64,000 nt of DNA. Source: Mobula hypostoma (taxonomy: Eukaryota). The stretch covers positions 8,618,001 to 8,682,000 of the forward strand of contig NC_086098.1 in NCBI RefSeq assembly GCF_963921235.1. The letters run 5' to 3'. The position numbers were made by a program, and so were the translations under genes. Positions 23,156 through 36,262 of the stretch are shown here, in pieces; within the stretch, counting starts at the first letter, position 1; each line of letters begins with the position of its first letter. The notes beneath the pieces are model-generated. The model was not told the origin of the DNA and searched no databases. It worked only from the letters and a program-made list of their open reading frames with translations.

Positions 23156-25381
23156 AGACAATAGAGAATAGCTGCAGGAGTAGGCCATTCAGCCCTTCGA
23201 GACGGCACCACCATTCACTGTGATCATGGCTGATCATCCGCAATCAGTACCCCGTTCCTGCCTTCTCCCCATATCCCTTCACTCCACTATCTTTAAGAGC
23301 TCTATCTAACTCTTTCTTGAAAGAATCCAGGGAATTGGCCTCCACTGCCTTCTGAGGCAGAGCATTCCACAGAACCACAACCTTCTTTGTGAAAAAGTTT
23401 TTCCTCAATTCTGTTCTAAATTGTCTACCCCTTATTCTTAAACTGTGACCTCTGGTTCTGGACTCCCCCAACATCGGGAACATGTTTCCTGCCTCTAGCG
23501 TGTCCAATCCCTTAATAATATTATATGTTTCAATCAGATCTCCTCTCATCCTTCTGAATTCCAGTGTATACAACCCCAGTCGCTCCAATCTTTCAACATA
23601 TGACAGTCCCGGGAATTAACTTTGTGAACCTACGCTGCACTCCCTCAATAGCTAGAATGTCCTTCCTCAAATTTAGAGACCAAAACTGTACACAATATTC
23701 CAGCTGTGGTCTCACCAGGGCCCTGTATAACTGCAGAAGGACCTCTTTGCTCCTATACTCAATTCCCCTGGTTATGAAGGCCAGCATGCCAATAGCTTTC
23801 TTCACTGCCTGCTGTACCTGCATGCTTACTTTCAGTGACTGATGAACAAGGACACTTAGATCTCGTTGTACTTCCCCTTTTCCTAACTTGACACCATTCA
23901 GATAGTAATCTGCCTTCCTGTTCTTGCTACCAAAGTGGATAACCTCACATTTATCCACTTTATTAAACTGCATCTGCCCATTCACCCAACCTGTCCAAGT
24001 CACCCTGCATTCTCATAACATCCTCCTCACATTTCACACTGCCACCCAGTTTTGTGTCATCTGCAAATTTGCTAATGTTACTTTTAATCCCTTCATCTAA
24101 ATCATTAATTTCAGAATGGCAGGCGGTGACTAGTAGGGTACCGCAAGGCTCAGTGCTGGGACCCCAGTTGTTTACAATATATATTAATGACTTGGATGAG
24201 GGAATTAAATGCAGCATCTCCAAGTTTGCGGATAACAGGAAGCTGGGTGGCAGTGTTAGCTGTGAGGAGGATGGTAAGAGGATGCAGGGTGACTTGGATA
24301 GGTTGGGTGAGTGGGCAAATTCATGGCAGATGCAATTTAATGTGGATAAATGTGAAGTTATCCACTTTGGTGGCAAAAATAGGAAAACAGATTATTATCT
24401 GAATGGTGGCCGATTAGGAAAAGGGAAGGTGCAACGAGACCTGGGTGTCATTATACACCAGTCATTGAAAGTGGGCATGCAGGTACAGCAGGCAGTGAAA
24501 AAGGTGAATGGTATGCTGGCATTTATACCGAGAGGATTCGAGTACAGGAGCAGGGAGGTACTACTGCAGTTGTACAAGGCCTTGGTGAGACCACACCTGG
24601 AGTATTGTGTGCAGTTTTGGTCCCCTAATCTGAGGAAAGACATCCTTGCCATAGAGGGAGTACAAAGAAGGTTCACCAGATTGATTCCTGGGATGGCAGG
24701 ACTTTCATATGAAGAAAGACTGGATGAACTGGGCTTGTACTTGTTGGAATTTAGAAGATTGAGGGGGAATCTGATTGAAACGTATAAAATCCTAAAGGGA
24801 TTGGACAGGCTAGATGCAGGAAGATTGTTCCCGATGTTGGGGAAGTCCAGAACGAGGGGCCACAGTTTGACGATAGAGGGGAAGCCTTTTAGGACCGAGA
24901 TTAGGAAAAACTTCTTCACACAGAGAGTGGTAAATCTGTGGAATTCTCTGCCACAGGAAACAGTTGAGGCCAGTTCATTGGCTATGTTTAAGAGGGAGTT
25001 AGATATGGCCCTTGTGGCTAAGGGGATCAGGGGGTATGGAGGGAAGGCTGGGGTGGGGTTCTGAGTTGGATGATCAGCCATGATCATAATAAATGGCGGT
25101 GCAGGCTCAAAGGGCTGAATGGCCTACTCCTGCACCTATTTTCTATGTTTCTATGTTTCTATGTATATTGTAAATAGCTGCAGGCCCAGCACCGAGCCTT
25201 GCAGTGCCCCACTGGTCACTGCCTGCCATTCTGAAAAGGACCCATTAATCCCTACTCTTTGTTTCCTGTCTGCCAACCAATTTTCTGCCAATCCATGGCA
25301 GTACCCTACCCTCAATACCATTTGCTCTACTTTTGCACACTAACCTCCTCTGTGGGACCTTATCAAAGGCTTTCTGAAAGT
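23156..25381 (-). mobile_element. CR1 LINE 3' portion (23156-24108 and 25162-25381)
   Basis: KFADDTKLGG and LEYCVQFWS motifs on the minus strand; short-repeat tail at ~23156. Confidence 0.85.
24109..25161 (+). mobile_element. Young CR1 3' copy nested antisense in another CR1
   Basis: Open frame to 25064 ([19 protein letters not shown]); (TTCTATGT)n tail. Confidence 0.9.
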
Positions 25382-28116
25382 CCAATGTTGTCCAAGGGAA
25401 GGGTATTAGGACCCATACAGCTTGGCACCTGTGTCGTCGCAGAGCACTGTGCGATTAAGGACACAGCACGTTTCCTCGGCTGGGGCTTGAACTCACGACC
25501 TTCAGGTCGCTAGTCCAATGCTTTAACCACGTGGCCACGTGCCCACACAGAAGAGATTAAAGAGCCACTTAAGTGTTTTCTACTAAACTGGGCTTTTGCA
25601 TGTTTATTATGGTGTTTGGTCAGAAATCCAGTTTAATAATTTGCAATGGTAAAAAAATGACTGTCAACGTTTGTTGGCTAATTTACTAACCTATTCTATT
25701 ATATGTTGTGAGAGCTTGCATTCGTGATCAAAAGATGCTGGTCACAATGAAAGGGTAGTAATTGCGACAGTGCTTCAGTTTTATCAAAAAGTACTCTGTG
25801 GTTTGTTATTGGGAAGTTCTAAATCTTCACGAAAATGATGCAGTATGTCAGTTAACACAGTGAAAGTAATTACACCAAGGAATAACCTTAGCGGTTTATC
25901 AATACCATAATCCTTGAGCAATGAAAAGAAAATTCTAATTATCTGATGAGGATCCACCAGTGTGTATTCTTTACAATAAAGAGAAAGCCACATAATACTA
26001 ACCTTGAAGTTTCAATTTTACATCATTGCTCGACATTGTTTGATTGTGAAAGACGCATTTAAAAGAAAAAACCCACTGAATTTTGGTCCGATTTTACTTT
26101 GCTTAACTCATAGTGAAAATTTAATTTGTTAATTCCGGAATTAACCAAAGTACACGCAGCATCAGAGGCTGCGGCTCAGTTTCGTTTTGGGTTTTTTTCG
26201 GTCCTGCGTTATAGAAATGTACAGTACACACTCAAGTGTAGTTATTTTACCCAGCCAGTCCACACTGGCATTTGTGTTAAGAAGCAAAATGATAGGACTC
26301 AGCTCTTAGCATTGCTACCTCCAGGGAGGAGGTACAGGAGCCTGAAGGCACACACTCAATGATTCAGGAACAGCTTCTTCCCCTCTGCCATCCGATTTCT
26401 GAATGGATATTGAACCAATGAGCACGACCGCACTATGTTTATTCCCCTCTTTTATGTACATATATTTAATACAATTTACAAGTTTTATTGCTGTGTACTA
26501 TTGCTACATAACAAATTTCACGACGTATGCCAGTTTATTAAACCTGAATCTGATTCTGATTAATAGGCCATAAGACATGGAAGCAGATTTAAGCCATTCA
26601 GCCCATCAAGTCTGCTCCACGATTCCATCATCACTAATTTAGTATCCTTCATAACATCATTCTCATGTATTTTCCCTATAACGTTTGGTGCCCTTACTAT
26701 TCAAGAACCTATTAATGTCTGCTTTAAATATACCCAATGACTTGCCCTCCTCAGCCATCTGTGGCAATGAATTCCACAGCTTCACCACCTTCTGACTAAG
26801 AAATTCCTCATCATCTCTGTTCTAAAGGGACGTCCTTCCGTTCTGAGGCTGTGCCCACTGGTCCTAGACTCTCCCACTATAGAAAACATGACAATGCTTT
26901 GCTGTGAGCTTGCTACTGATACTTTATTACGGTAACCTGATAATTAAAAAGCTGGAACTTTGATGCCAACTGCCACTGTGAATGCCACATTTCTACGTTT
27001 TCCCAAAGGAAAAGAAGAGGAAGAAATATATAGATGATTAAGGAATCATCAAATTGCAAAATAAATTTATTATCAATGTATATGTCACCATGTACTTCTC
27101 TGAGATTCATTTTCTTGCAGGCATTCACTGTAGAGTGAAGAGATCCAATAGAATCAATGAAAAACTACATGCAAAGACTGAAAAACCACCAACATGCAAA
27201 AGAAGACAAAACATACAAATATTTTTAAAAATTAATAATAATAATAATACTGAAAAGTGAGTCCATAAGTTGTGTGTCCCTTCTTCCCCATGGCTGCAGT
27301 GAGAAAAGAACATGGTCTGGGTAGTGAGGGTCCTTCAAGATGGTTGCTAGTTTCTTGTGGAAGCTCTCCTTGTAGATGTGATGGTAGGAAGGGCTTTTCC
27401 TGTGATGGACTGTGCTGTATCCATTACTTTTTGTAGGCTTTTCCATCCATGGTCATTGGTGTTTCCATACCAGGTTGTGATGCAACCAGTCAGCATCTAG
27501 AGAGGTTTGTCAAAGTTGATGTGCTGACAGAGGTGCTGCTGTGCCTTCTTTGTAATGCCACTTACGCGCTGGTCCCAGGACAGATCCTCTGAATGATAGC
27601 ACCAAGGAATCTAACGATATTGACCCTCTCCACCTCTGATCCCCTGATGGTGACTTGCTCATAGACCTCTGGTTTCCTCCTCTAGTCATTGAGTATTTCC
27701 CTATGCTACCTTGGTCGCTCTTCACTATCACTCAGTTGCTCCTTCTATTGATGTGTAGCTCGCTCTGATCTGCCAGAATTCCAGCAGATTGCAGTGCATC
27801 ATGGTGGTACTTTAGCCGTAATTTATTATTTGAGGTTCACTGTTCTTATGATATGTGTATATAAATAAATATTCCTAATATTGCAAATATTGCAAATGTA
27901 CATTCATTCCTGCCATGTAGTCATAGTCATAGTCATAGACACCAGCAGGCATGAACTTCAGATTGCGGCTCCATTGATCTCGGCGGCTCCAACACCTCAG
28001 GGCATATTCAAAACCCGGACTCCAGCAATGACCATGGACACATTCGAAGTGATTGCGCAACCACCAACTGCGACCTCAGCCTTGAACTCCAGGCCGGGTC
28101 TTTATGGGCTGCTATT

Positions 28117-30483
28117 GTGACTCCCGTCTCCCCTTCCCCCACCACCACTCCGCAGCCCCGTCTTCCTCAGATCCCACCGTCAACTCCTGGGACCTCAGAG
28201 GCTCCATCTTCCTCTCACCCCAACCCTCCCCTCTCCACTGACACCACCAGCCTCCCCCCTCCCCCCTCTGATCCCAGCTCTCATCCGTGCCGGGTCTTTA
28301 CCATCCCTTCCGACCTTCAACTGTCGGAGGCAGAACGCTCTGTTCTCAGTAAGGGCCTCACGTTTGTCCCCTTTCGCCCACACCTCAGCGAGTTCCGTGT
28401 TCGCCACGATGCGGAACTTTTCTTCCACCGTCTCCGTCTCCAAGACTACTTCTTCGGCAAGGACTCTTCCACCCCCACCGATGACCCCTTCTCCCGTCTT
28501 CAACCCTCCTCTTCTTCATGGACACCCCGCTCTGGTCTTCTGCCTGCTCTGGATCTCTTTATTGCTAACTGCCGACGGGACATCAACCGTCTCGACTTCA
28601 CCGCACCTTGTCCCCATTCCAACCTCACTCCTTCGGAACGCTCTGCTCTCCATTCCCTCCGCACTAATCCTAACCTTATTATTAAACCCGCCGATAAGGG
28701 GGGTGCTGTTGTAGTCTGGCGTACTGACCTCTACCTTGCCGAGGCACAGCGACAACTCGCGGATACCTCCTCTTATTTACCCCTCGATCGTGACCCCACT
28801 AAGGAGCACCAGGCCATTGTCTCCCACACCATCACCGACTTTATCCGCTCAGGGGATCTCCCATCCACTGCTACCAACCTTACAGTTCCCACACCCCGCA
28901 CTTCCCGTTTCTACCTCCTACCCAAGATCCACAAACCTGCCTGTCCTGGCCGACCTATTGTCTCAGCTTGCTCCTGCCCCACCGAACTCGTTTCTGCATA
29001 CCTCGACACTGTTTTATCACCCCTTGTTCAATCCCTTCCGACCTATGTTCGTGACACTTCTCACGCTCTTAAACTTTTCGATGATTTTAAGTTCCCTGGC
29101 CCCCACCGCTTTATTTTCACCATGGATGTCCAGTCCTTATATACTTCCATCCCCCATCGGGAAGGTCTCAAAGCTCTACGCTTCTTTTTGGATTCCAGAC
29201 CTAATCAGTTCCCCTCTACCACCACTCTGCTCCGTCTAGCGGAATTAGTCCTTACTCTCAATAATTTCTCCTTTGGCTCCTCCCACTTCCTCCAAACTAA
29301 AGGTGTAGCTATGGGCACCCGTATGGGTCCCAGCTGTGCCTGCCTTTTTGTTGGGTTTGTGGAACAATCTATGTTCCGTGCCTATTCTGGTAGCTGTCCC
29401 CCACTTTTCCTTCGCTACATCGACGACTGCATTGGCACTGCTTCCTGCACGCATGCAGAACTCGTTGACTTTATTAACTTTGCCTCCAACTTTCACCCTG
29501 CCCTCAAGTTTACCTGGTCCATTTCCGACACCTCCTTCCCCTTTCTAGATCTTTCTGTCTCTGTCTCTGGAGACAGCTTATCCACTGATGTCTACTATAA
29601 GCCTACTGACTCTCACAGCTATCTGGACTATTCCTCTTCTCACCCTGTCTCTTGCAAAAACGCCATCCCCTTCTCGCAATTCCTCCGTCTCCGCCGCATC
29701 TGCTCTCAGGATGAGGCTTTTCATTCTAGGACGAGGGAGATGTCTTCCTTTTTTAAAGAAAGGGGCTTCCCTTCCTCCACTATCAACTCTGCTCTTAAAC
29801 GCATCTCCCCCATTTCACGTACATCTGCTCTCACTCCATCCTCCCACCACCCCACTAGGAATAGGGTTCCCCTGGTCCTCACCTACCACCCCACCAGCCT
29901 CCGGGTCCAACATATTATTCTCCGTAACTTCCGCCACCTCCAACGGGATCCCACCACTAAGCACATCTTTCCCTCCCCGCCTCTCTCTGCATTCCGCAGG
30001 GATCGCTCCCTACACAACTCCCTTGTCCATTTGTCCCCCCCATCCCTCCCCACTGATCTCCCTCCTGGCACTTATCCGTGTAAGCGGAACAAGTGCTACA
30101 CATGCCCTTACATTTCCTCCCTTACTACCATTCAGGGCCCCAAACAGTCCTTCCAGGTGAGGCATCACTTCACCTGTGAGTCGACTGGGGTGATATACTG
30201 CGTCCGGTGCTCCCGGTGTGGCCTTTTATATATTGGCGAGACCCGACGCAGACTGGGAGACCGCTTTGCTGAACATCTACGCTCTGTCCGCCAGAGAAAG
30301 CAGGATCTCCCAGTGGCCACACATTTTAATTCCACATCCCATTCCCATTCTGACATGTTTATCCACAGTCTCCTCCACTGTAAAGATGAAGCCACACTCA
30401 GGTTGGAGGAACAACACCTTATATTCCGTCTGGGTAGCCTCCAACCTGATGGCATGAACATCGACTTCTCTAACTTCCGCTAA
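28117..30483 (+). CDS. PLE polyprotein: reverse transcriptase, Zn-binding linker and GIY-YIG endonuclease
   Basis: IKPADKGG, LPKIHK, GRPIVS, DVQSLYT, GVAMG, RYIDD, CKRNKCYTC, VIYCVRC..LYIGET; frame open from 27955 but no upstream ATG (track start is GTG). Confidence 0.9.
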   Translation: MTPVSPSPTTTPQPRLPQIPPSTPGTSEAPSSSHPNPPLSTDTTSLPPPPSDPSSHPCRVFTIPSDLQLSEAERSVLSKGLTFVPFRPHLSEFRVRHDAELFFHRLRLQDYFFGKDSSTPTDDPFSRLQPSSSSWTPRSGLLPALDLFIANCRRDINRLDFTAPCPHSNLTPSERSALHSLRTNPNLIIKPADKGGAVVVWRTDLYLAEAQRQLADTSSYLPLDRDPTKEHQAIVSHTITDFIRSGDLPSTATNLTVPTPRTSRFYLLPKIHKPACPGRPIVSACSCPTELVSAYLDTVLSPLVQSLPTYVRDTSHALKLFDDFKFPGPHRFIFTMDVQSLYTSIPHREGLKALRFFLDSRPNQFPSTTTLLRLAELVLTLNNFSFGSSHFLQTKGVAMGTRMGPSCACLFVGFVEQSMFRAYSGSCPPLFLRYIDDCIGTASCTHAELVDFINFASNFHPALKFTWSISDTSFPFLDLSVSVSGDSLSTDVYYKPTDSHSYLDYSSSHPVSCKNAIPFSQFLRLRRICSQDEAFHSRTREMSSFFKERGFPSSTINSALKRISPISRTSALTPSSHHPTRNRVPLVLTYHPTSLRVQHIILRNFRHLQRDPTTKHIFPSPPLSAFRRDRSLHNSLVHLSPPSLPTDLPPGTYPCKRNKCYTCPYISSLTTIQGPKQSFQVRHHFTCESTGVIYCVRCSRCGLLYIGETRRRLGDRFAEHLRSVRQRKQDLPVATHFNSTSHSHSDMFIHSLLHCKDEATLRLEEQHLIFRLGSLQPDGMNIDFSNFR

Positions 30484-30780
30484 GGCCCCACCTCCCCCTC
30501 GTACCCCATCTGTTACTCATTTTTATGCACACATTCTTTCTCTCACTCTCCTTTTTCTCCCTCTGTCCCTCTGAATATACCTCTTGCCCATCCTGTGGGT
30601 CACCCCACCCTCCTTGTCTTTCTTCCCGGACCTCCTGTCCCATGATCCTCTCGTATCCCCTTTTGCCTATCACCTGTCCAGCTCTTGGCTCTATCCCTCC
30701 CCCTCCTGTCTTCTCCTATCATTTTGGATCTCCCCCTCCCCCTCCAACTTTCAAATCCCTTACTCACTCTTCCTTCAGTT

Positions 30781-30816
30781 AGTCCTGACGAAGGGTCTCG
30801 GCCTGAAACGCCGACT
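30781..30816 (+). ncRNA. Minimal hammerhead motif with GCC at the cleavage triplet
   Basis: AGTC-CTGACGA-AGGGTCTCGGCCT-GAAAC-GCC-GACT. Confidence 0.65.
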
Positions 30817-30880
30817 GCACCTCTTCCTACAGATGCTGCTTGGCCTGCTGCGTTCACCAGCAAGTTTGATGTATGTTGCA

Positions 30881-31612
30881 TAGTCATAGTCATACTTTAT
30901 TGATCCCGGGGGAAATTGGTTTTCATTACAGTTGCACCATAAATAATTAAATAGTATTAAAACCATAAATAATTAAATAGTAATATGTAAATTATGCCAG
31001 GAAATAAGTCCAGGACCAGCCTATTGGCTCAGGGTGTCTGACCCTCCAAGGGAGGAGTTGTAAAGTTTGATGGCCACAGGCAGGAATGACTTCCTATGAC
31101 GCTCTGTGTTGCATCTTGGTGGAATGAGTCTCTGGCTGAATGTACTCCTGTGCCCAACCAGTACATTTATGTAGTGGATGGGAGACATTGTCCAAGATGG
31201 CATGCAACTTGGACAGCATCCTCTTTTCAGACACCACCGTCAGAGAGTCCAGTTCCATCCCCACAACATCACTGGTCTTATGAATGAGTTTGTTGATTCT
31301 GTTGGTGTCTGCTACCCTCAGCCTGCTGCCCCAGCACACAACAGCAAACATGATAGCACTGGCCACCGGTCCAGTTTATTGTCAATTCGTATGCCCAGGT
31401 ATTTGTAATCCTCCACCTTGTCCACACCGACCCCCTGGATGGAAACATGGGTCACCAGTGCCTTAGCTCTCCTCAAGTCTACCACCAGCTCCTTAGTCTT
31501 TTTCACATTAAGCTGCAGATAATTCTGCTCACACCATGTGACAAAGTTTCCTACCGCAGCCCTGTACTCAGCCTCATCGCCCTTACTGATGCATCCAACT
31601 ATGGCAGAGTCA
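30881..31612 (-). mobile_element. Rex1/Babar LINE 3' fragment with (TGACTA)n tail
   Basis: KTKELVVDLRR, YKYLGIRIDNKLD and ASAIMFAVVCWG; AATAAA then TATGACTATGAC. Confidence 0.8.
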
Positions 31613-31614
31613 TG

Positions 31615-32225
31615 ATACTGAAAAACTAATTCATGCCTTTATGTCAAATGGACTACGCACTTTTTTACTGGCTTTCCAAAGCAATCTATTGATAAACTTC
31701 CAACTCATTCCGAACACCACTGCTAGACTTTTAACCAAAACCAGGATGAAGGAACTTCTGTACTAGCTATAATGCATTGGGTTCCTCTATCTTTTAGAAT
31801 TGATCTTAAATTTCTCTTACTTGTTTTTAAAGCTCTCTGTGATCTGGGACCAGAGTACCTTACAGAATTGTTCTCACTTTATAATCCTGCTCGAGCTCTC
31901 AGGTCTTTTCCCACCAGTCTCTTAAATTTAAACAATCCCCCTCAAAAGATAATGGTGAGGTCAGGTTTTTTTAAACTAGGCTCCTAAACTGTAGAAATAA
32001 ATATCAAAAACTATAAGGGATGCAGACTCAGTTGACACTTTTAAACACTACCTCAAAACCTATTTATTGAACCTTGATTTGAACCAACATCATTTTGCCT
32101 TTTATTTTCATGTTTTTTTTGTTTTTTTCTAATTTTCATGTTTGCATTTCATTCCATTATAAAGCACTTTGATCTACATCCTCTGTATGGAAAGTGCTCT
32201 ATATGTAAGTTATTATTGTTATTAA
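31615..32225 (+). mobile_element. L2 LINE 3' fragment
   Basis: MHWVPLSFRIDLKFLLLVFKAL (L2 LHWLP..RI.FK motif); (TTA)n tail. Confidence 0.75.
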
Positions 32226-33249
32226 TAACTTTGATTTTGCGATCTATGTGTATCCACATTTTTACCTGGCACATAAATGAACTCAATTTCTCCACATCCA
32301 TCCTGCATTTCTTTGTCTTTATTTCATTATTTTGGCACCGGTTTTGTGCTCTTGATTATTTGTACATAGAAGTTGAAGTTAGTTTCTTTGGATGTTTCCA
32401 GGACCATAAAACATGGGAGCAGAATTAAGCCATTTGGCCCATCGAGTCTGCTCCACCATTTCATCATGGCTGTTCTACTTCACTCTCAACCCCATCCTCT
32501 GCCTTCTCCCCGTAACGTTTTATGGACACCTTAGTCTTATGTTATTTTGATCTAGTTATTGTTTCAAACAGCCATATCTCCATGCGACTTGAACACATTT
32601 CTGTTAAACGTTGATGCATAGTTTCTCAGACAAAAGGTTTATCTATTTATGTTTAGCTATTTTGAGAGTCCAGGGCCGAGGACTGGAGGCCCAGAGGCAG
32701 TCTGTCCTATGGGTGGAAAAGCCTGTCTGTGTGTGTGAATGGTGGGTGGGTGGGAAGGTGGGGAAGGGGCTTGTTTTGTCGTGTTGTTTCTTGTTGCTGC
32801 TTATTTAGTTGTGCAGAATATTGTGGGCATGCAATGCTGGCGCTGGAATATGTGGCAACGCTTGCGGGCTGCCCCCAGCACATCCTTGGTTGTTAATGCA
32901 AATGACACATTTCACTGCATATTTTGATATGCACATCATAAATAAATCTGAATTTGAGAATGTGTTTGAGTTTCTTCCAGTCTTCCAAAGTCCCAAATTG
33001 CTCAACATTTCCCGATAGGTGTCTTCTTAATTTTGATGTCAACTTTTGAAACTTATGTGTATTTTTTTTCCCAAAAGTCCTTTTCAGAGCAACTGGTCTG
33101 TCTACCAGTGTGTATGTAATTTTAGCATTGCTTTCCCATTCAAATCATGTCAAATCATAGTTTTCACAGATTCTGGCCTCTCTCTTATACAAGTTTCAGG
33201 TTTAATTTTAATTGTTATTCAACCATGCATATGAATAAAGCCAAAGAAA

Positions 33250-34366
33250 GGTATTTGTGTGGGTGGAGAATTGGTTAGCAGACAGGAAGCAAAGAGTGGG
33301 AATAAACGGGACCTTTTCAGAATGGCAGGCGGTAACTAGTGGGGTACCGCAAGGCTCAGTGCTGGGACCCCAGTTGTTTACAATATATATTAATGACTTG
33401 GATGAGGGAATTAAATACAGCATCTCCAAGTTTGCGGATGACACGAAGCTGGGTGGCAGTGTTAGCAGTGAGGAGGATGCTAAGAGGATGCAGGGTGACT
33501 TGGATAGGTTGGGTGAGTGGGCAAAATTATGGCAGATGCAATTTAATGTGGATAAATGTGAAGTTATCCATTTTGGTGGCAAAAATAGGAAAACAGATTA
33601 TTATCTGAATGGTGGCCGATTAGGAAAAGGGGAGGTGCAACGAGACCTGGGTGTCATTATACACCAGTCATTGAAAGTGGGCATGCAGGTACAGCAGGCG
33701 GTGAAAAAGGCGAATGGTATGCTGGCATTTATAGCGAGAGGATTCGAGTACAGGAGCAGGGAGGTACTACTGCATTTGTACAAGGCCTTGGTGAGACCAC
33801 ACCTGGAGTATTGTGTGCAGTTTTGGTTCCCTAATCTGAGGAAAGACATCTTTGCCATAAAGGGAGTACAAAGAAGGTTCACCAGATTGATTCCTGGGAT
33901 GGCAGGTCTTTCATATGAAGAAAGACTGGATGAACTGGGCTTGTACTCGTTGGAATTTAGAAGATTGAGGGGGGATCTGATTGAAACGTATAAGATCCTA
34001 AAGGGATTGGACAGGCTAGATGCAGGAAGATTGTTCCCGATGTTGGGGAGGTCCAGAACGAGGGGTCACAGTTTGAGGATAAAGGGGAAGCCTTTTAGGA
34101 CCGAGATTAGGAAAAACTTCTTCACACAGAGAGTGGTGAATCTGTGGAATTCTCTGCCACAGCAAACTGTTGAGGCCAGTTCATTGGCTATGTTTAAGAG
34201 GGAGTTAGATATGGCCCTTGTGGCTATGGGGGTCAGGGGGTATGGAGGGAAGGCTGGGGCGGGGTTCTGAGTTGGATGATCAGCCATGATCATAATAAAT
34301 GGCGGTGCAGGCTCGAAGGGCCAAATGGCCTACTCCTGCACCTATTTTCTATGTTTCTATGTTTCT
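33250..34366 (+). mobile_element. Young CR1 3' copy (uninterrupted 337-codon RT C-terminal frame)
   Basis: [10 protein letters not shown] and KFADDTKLGG; (TTCTATGT)n tail; highly similar to 24109-25161. Confidence 0.92.
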
Positions 34367-34511
34367 AAAACAGCCCCTTGGGGGCCAGGGTGCAAAACAC
34401 AGAACTAACATGCACAGCACACAGTAGCTCATGTTCCTGAGTGTCATGGCCTGTAGATTAATGATGCATAGGATATCGACTTGGAGCCAGATTTCTGCAA
34501 GAGCAAATGTG

Positions 34512-35143
34512 CAGCAAGAGGATTCGAGTACAAGAGCAGGGAGCTTCTACTGCAGTTGTACAAGGCCTTGGTGAGACCACACCTGGAGTATTGTGTGCAG
34601 TTTTGGTCCCCTAATCTGAGGAAAGACATTCTTGCCATAGAGGGTGTACAAAGAAGGATTCACCAGATTGTTTCCTGGGAAGGCAGGACTTTCATATGAT
34701 GAAAGACTGGATTGGCTAGGCTTATACTCATTGGAATTTAGAAGATTGAGGGGGGATCTTATTGAAACGTATAAAATCCTAAAGGGATTGGACAAGCTAG
34801 ATGCAGGAAGATTGTTCCTGATGTTGGGGAAGTCCAGAACGAGGGGTCACAGTTTGAGGATAAAGGGGAAGCCTTTTAGGACCGAGATTAGGAAAAACTT
34901 CTTCACACAGAGAGTGGTGAATCTGTGGAATTCTCTGCCACAGGAAACAGTTGAGGCCAGTTCATTGGCTATGTTTAAGAGGGAGTTAGATATGGCCCTT
35001 GTGGCTACAGGGGTCAGGGGGTATGGAGGGAAGGCTGGTACAGAGTTCTGGGTTGGATGATCAGCCATGATCATACTGAATGGCGGTGCAGGCTCGAAGG
35101 GCCAAACGGCCTACTCCTGCACCGATTTTCTATGTTTCTATGT
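34512..35143 (+). mobile_element. Young CR1 3' copy, shorter
   Basis: Same subfamily and tail as 33250-34366; one frameshift. Confidence 0.9.
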
Positions 35144-35149
35144 CTCTAA

Positions 35150-36045
35150 TTAAAAACTAATCAATAAGTTCCTTGACCTTGGCCTCAGTACCTCCTTGTG
35201 CAATTGTATCCTCGATTTCCTCCTTTGCAGATTCCAGTCAGTTTGGATTGGCAACAACATCTCCAGCAGCACAGGTGCACCCCAGGGCTGTGTGCGTAGC
35301 CCACTATACTCACTTTACGCTTATGGCAGTGAGGCTAAGCACAGCTCCAATGCCATATTTAAGTTTGCTGATGACACCACTGTCGTTGGCCCAATCAAAT
35401 GTGACGAATCAGCAAATAGGAGGGAGATTGAAAATCTGGTTGAATGGTGAAACCTCTTACTCAATATCAGCAAGACCAAGGAGCTGATTATTGACTTTAG
35501 AAGGAGAAAGATAGAGGTCCATGGGCCAGTACTCACTGGGTGGTTAGAGGTGGAGAGGAGGTCGTCAACATCATCATCATCATCAAGCTGGTACACCTTG
35601 CCCAAGGGTGACAGAAGGGAGAAGCACCTACACTTCTTTTGGTAGAGACGTATCTCCACGCCGCCGTCCCAGACAGGGTCAGCAGCTATGAATTCCTCGG
35701 TGTTACCATTTCAGAGAATCCGTCCTGGACCTAGCATGTAAGTGCAATTACGAAGGAAGTGTCTCTTCCTTGGAAGTTTGTAAAGATTCAACATGACATC
35801 TAAAGCTTTGACAAACATCCGTAGATGTGTGATGGAGTGTATATCGATTGTTCGCTTTTCATCTCATAGTCTTGATATTTATTTATTGTTTATTTATTTA
35901 TTATTATTTATTTTGTATTTGAAGAGTTTGTTGACTCTTGCACATTGGTTGGTTGTCCATCCCATGGGTGCAGTCTTTCACTGATTCTATTATGGCTCGT
36001 GGATACTCAATCGTATGCCCGCAAGGAAATGAATCTCAGGGATGT
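35150..36045 (+). mobile_element. Rex1/Babar fragment, degenerate
   Basis: [15 protein letters not shown] and [11 protein letters not shown]. Confidence 0.7.
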
Positions 36046-36262
36046 AGGTATAGAGGAGATGTCAGGGGTAAGTTTTTTACTCAGAGAGTGATGAGTGTGT
36101 GGAATGGGCTGCCGGCAATGGTGGTGGAGGCAGGGTCTTTTAAGAGGATTTTGGATAGGTACCTGGTGCTTAGAAAAAATATAGAGGGCTGTGGGTAAGC
36201 CTAGTAATTGAAGGGCTTGCATTGTGCTGTAGGTTTTCTGTTTCTGTGATGTATATGGTGTT

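Larger units (their letters stand above)
23019..25545 (-). mobile_element. Young tRNA-SINE split by CR1 insertions (tail 23019-23155, head 25382-25545)
   Basis: Both halves match the intact copies at 36263-36533, 40135-40424 and 62924-63225; CCAAT duplicated at the break. Confidence 0.8.
27939..30880 (+). mobile_element. Penelope-like element (Neptune type), 5'-truncated, young
   Basis: RT+GIY-YIG ORF plus terminus with hammerhead motif; (TAGTCA)n on both flanks. Confidence 0.9.

Noticed and set aside
24054..25064. 336-aa ORF as a host gene
   Set aside because: CR1 RT C-terminus preceded by antisense CR1 sequence.
25560..26310. Non-repeat stretch with short ORFs as a possible exon
   Set aside because: No recognisable protein similarity or convincing splice pair; conservation cannot be assessed here.
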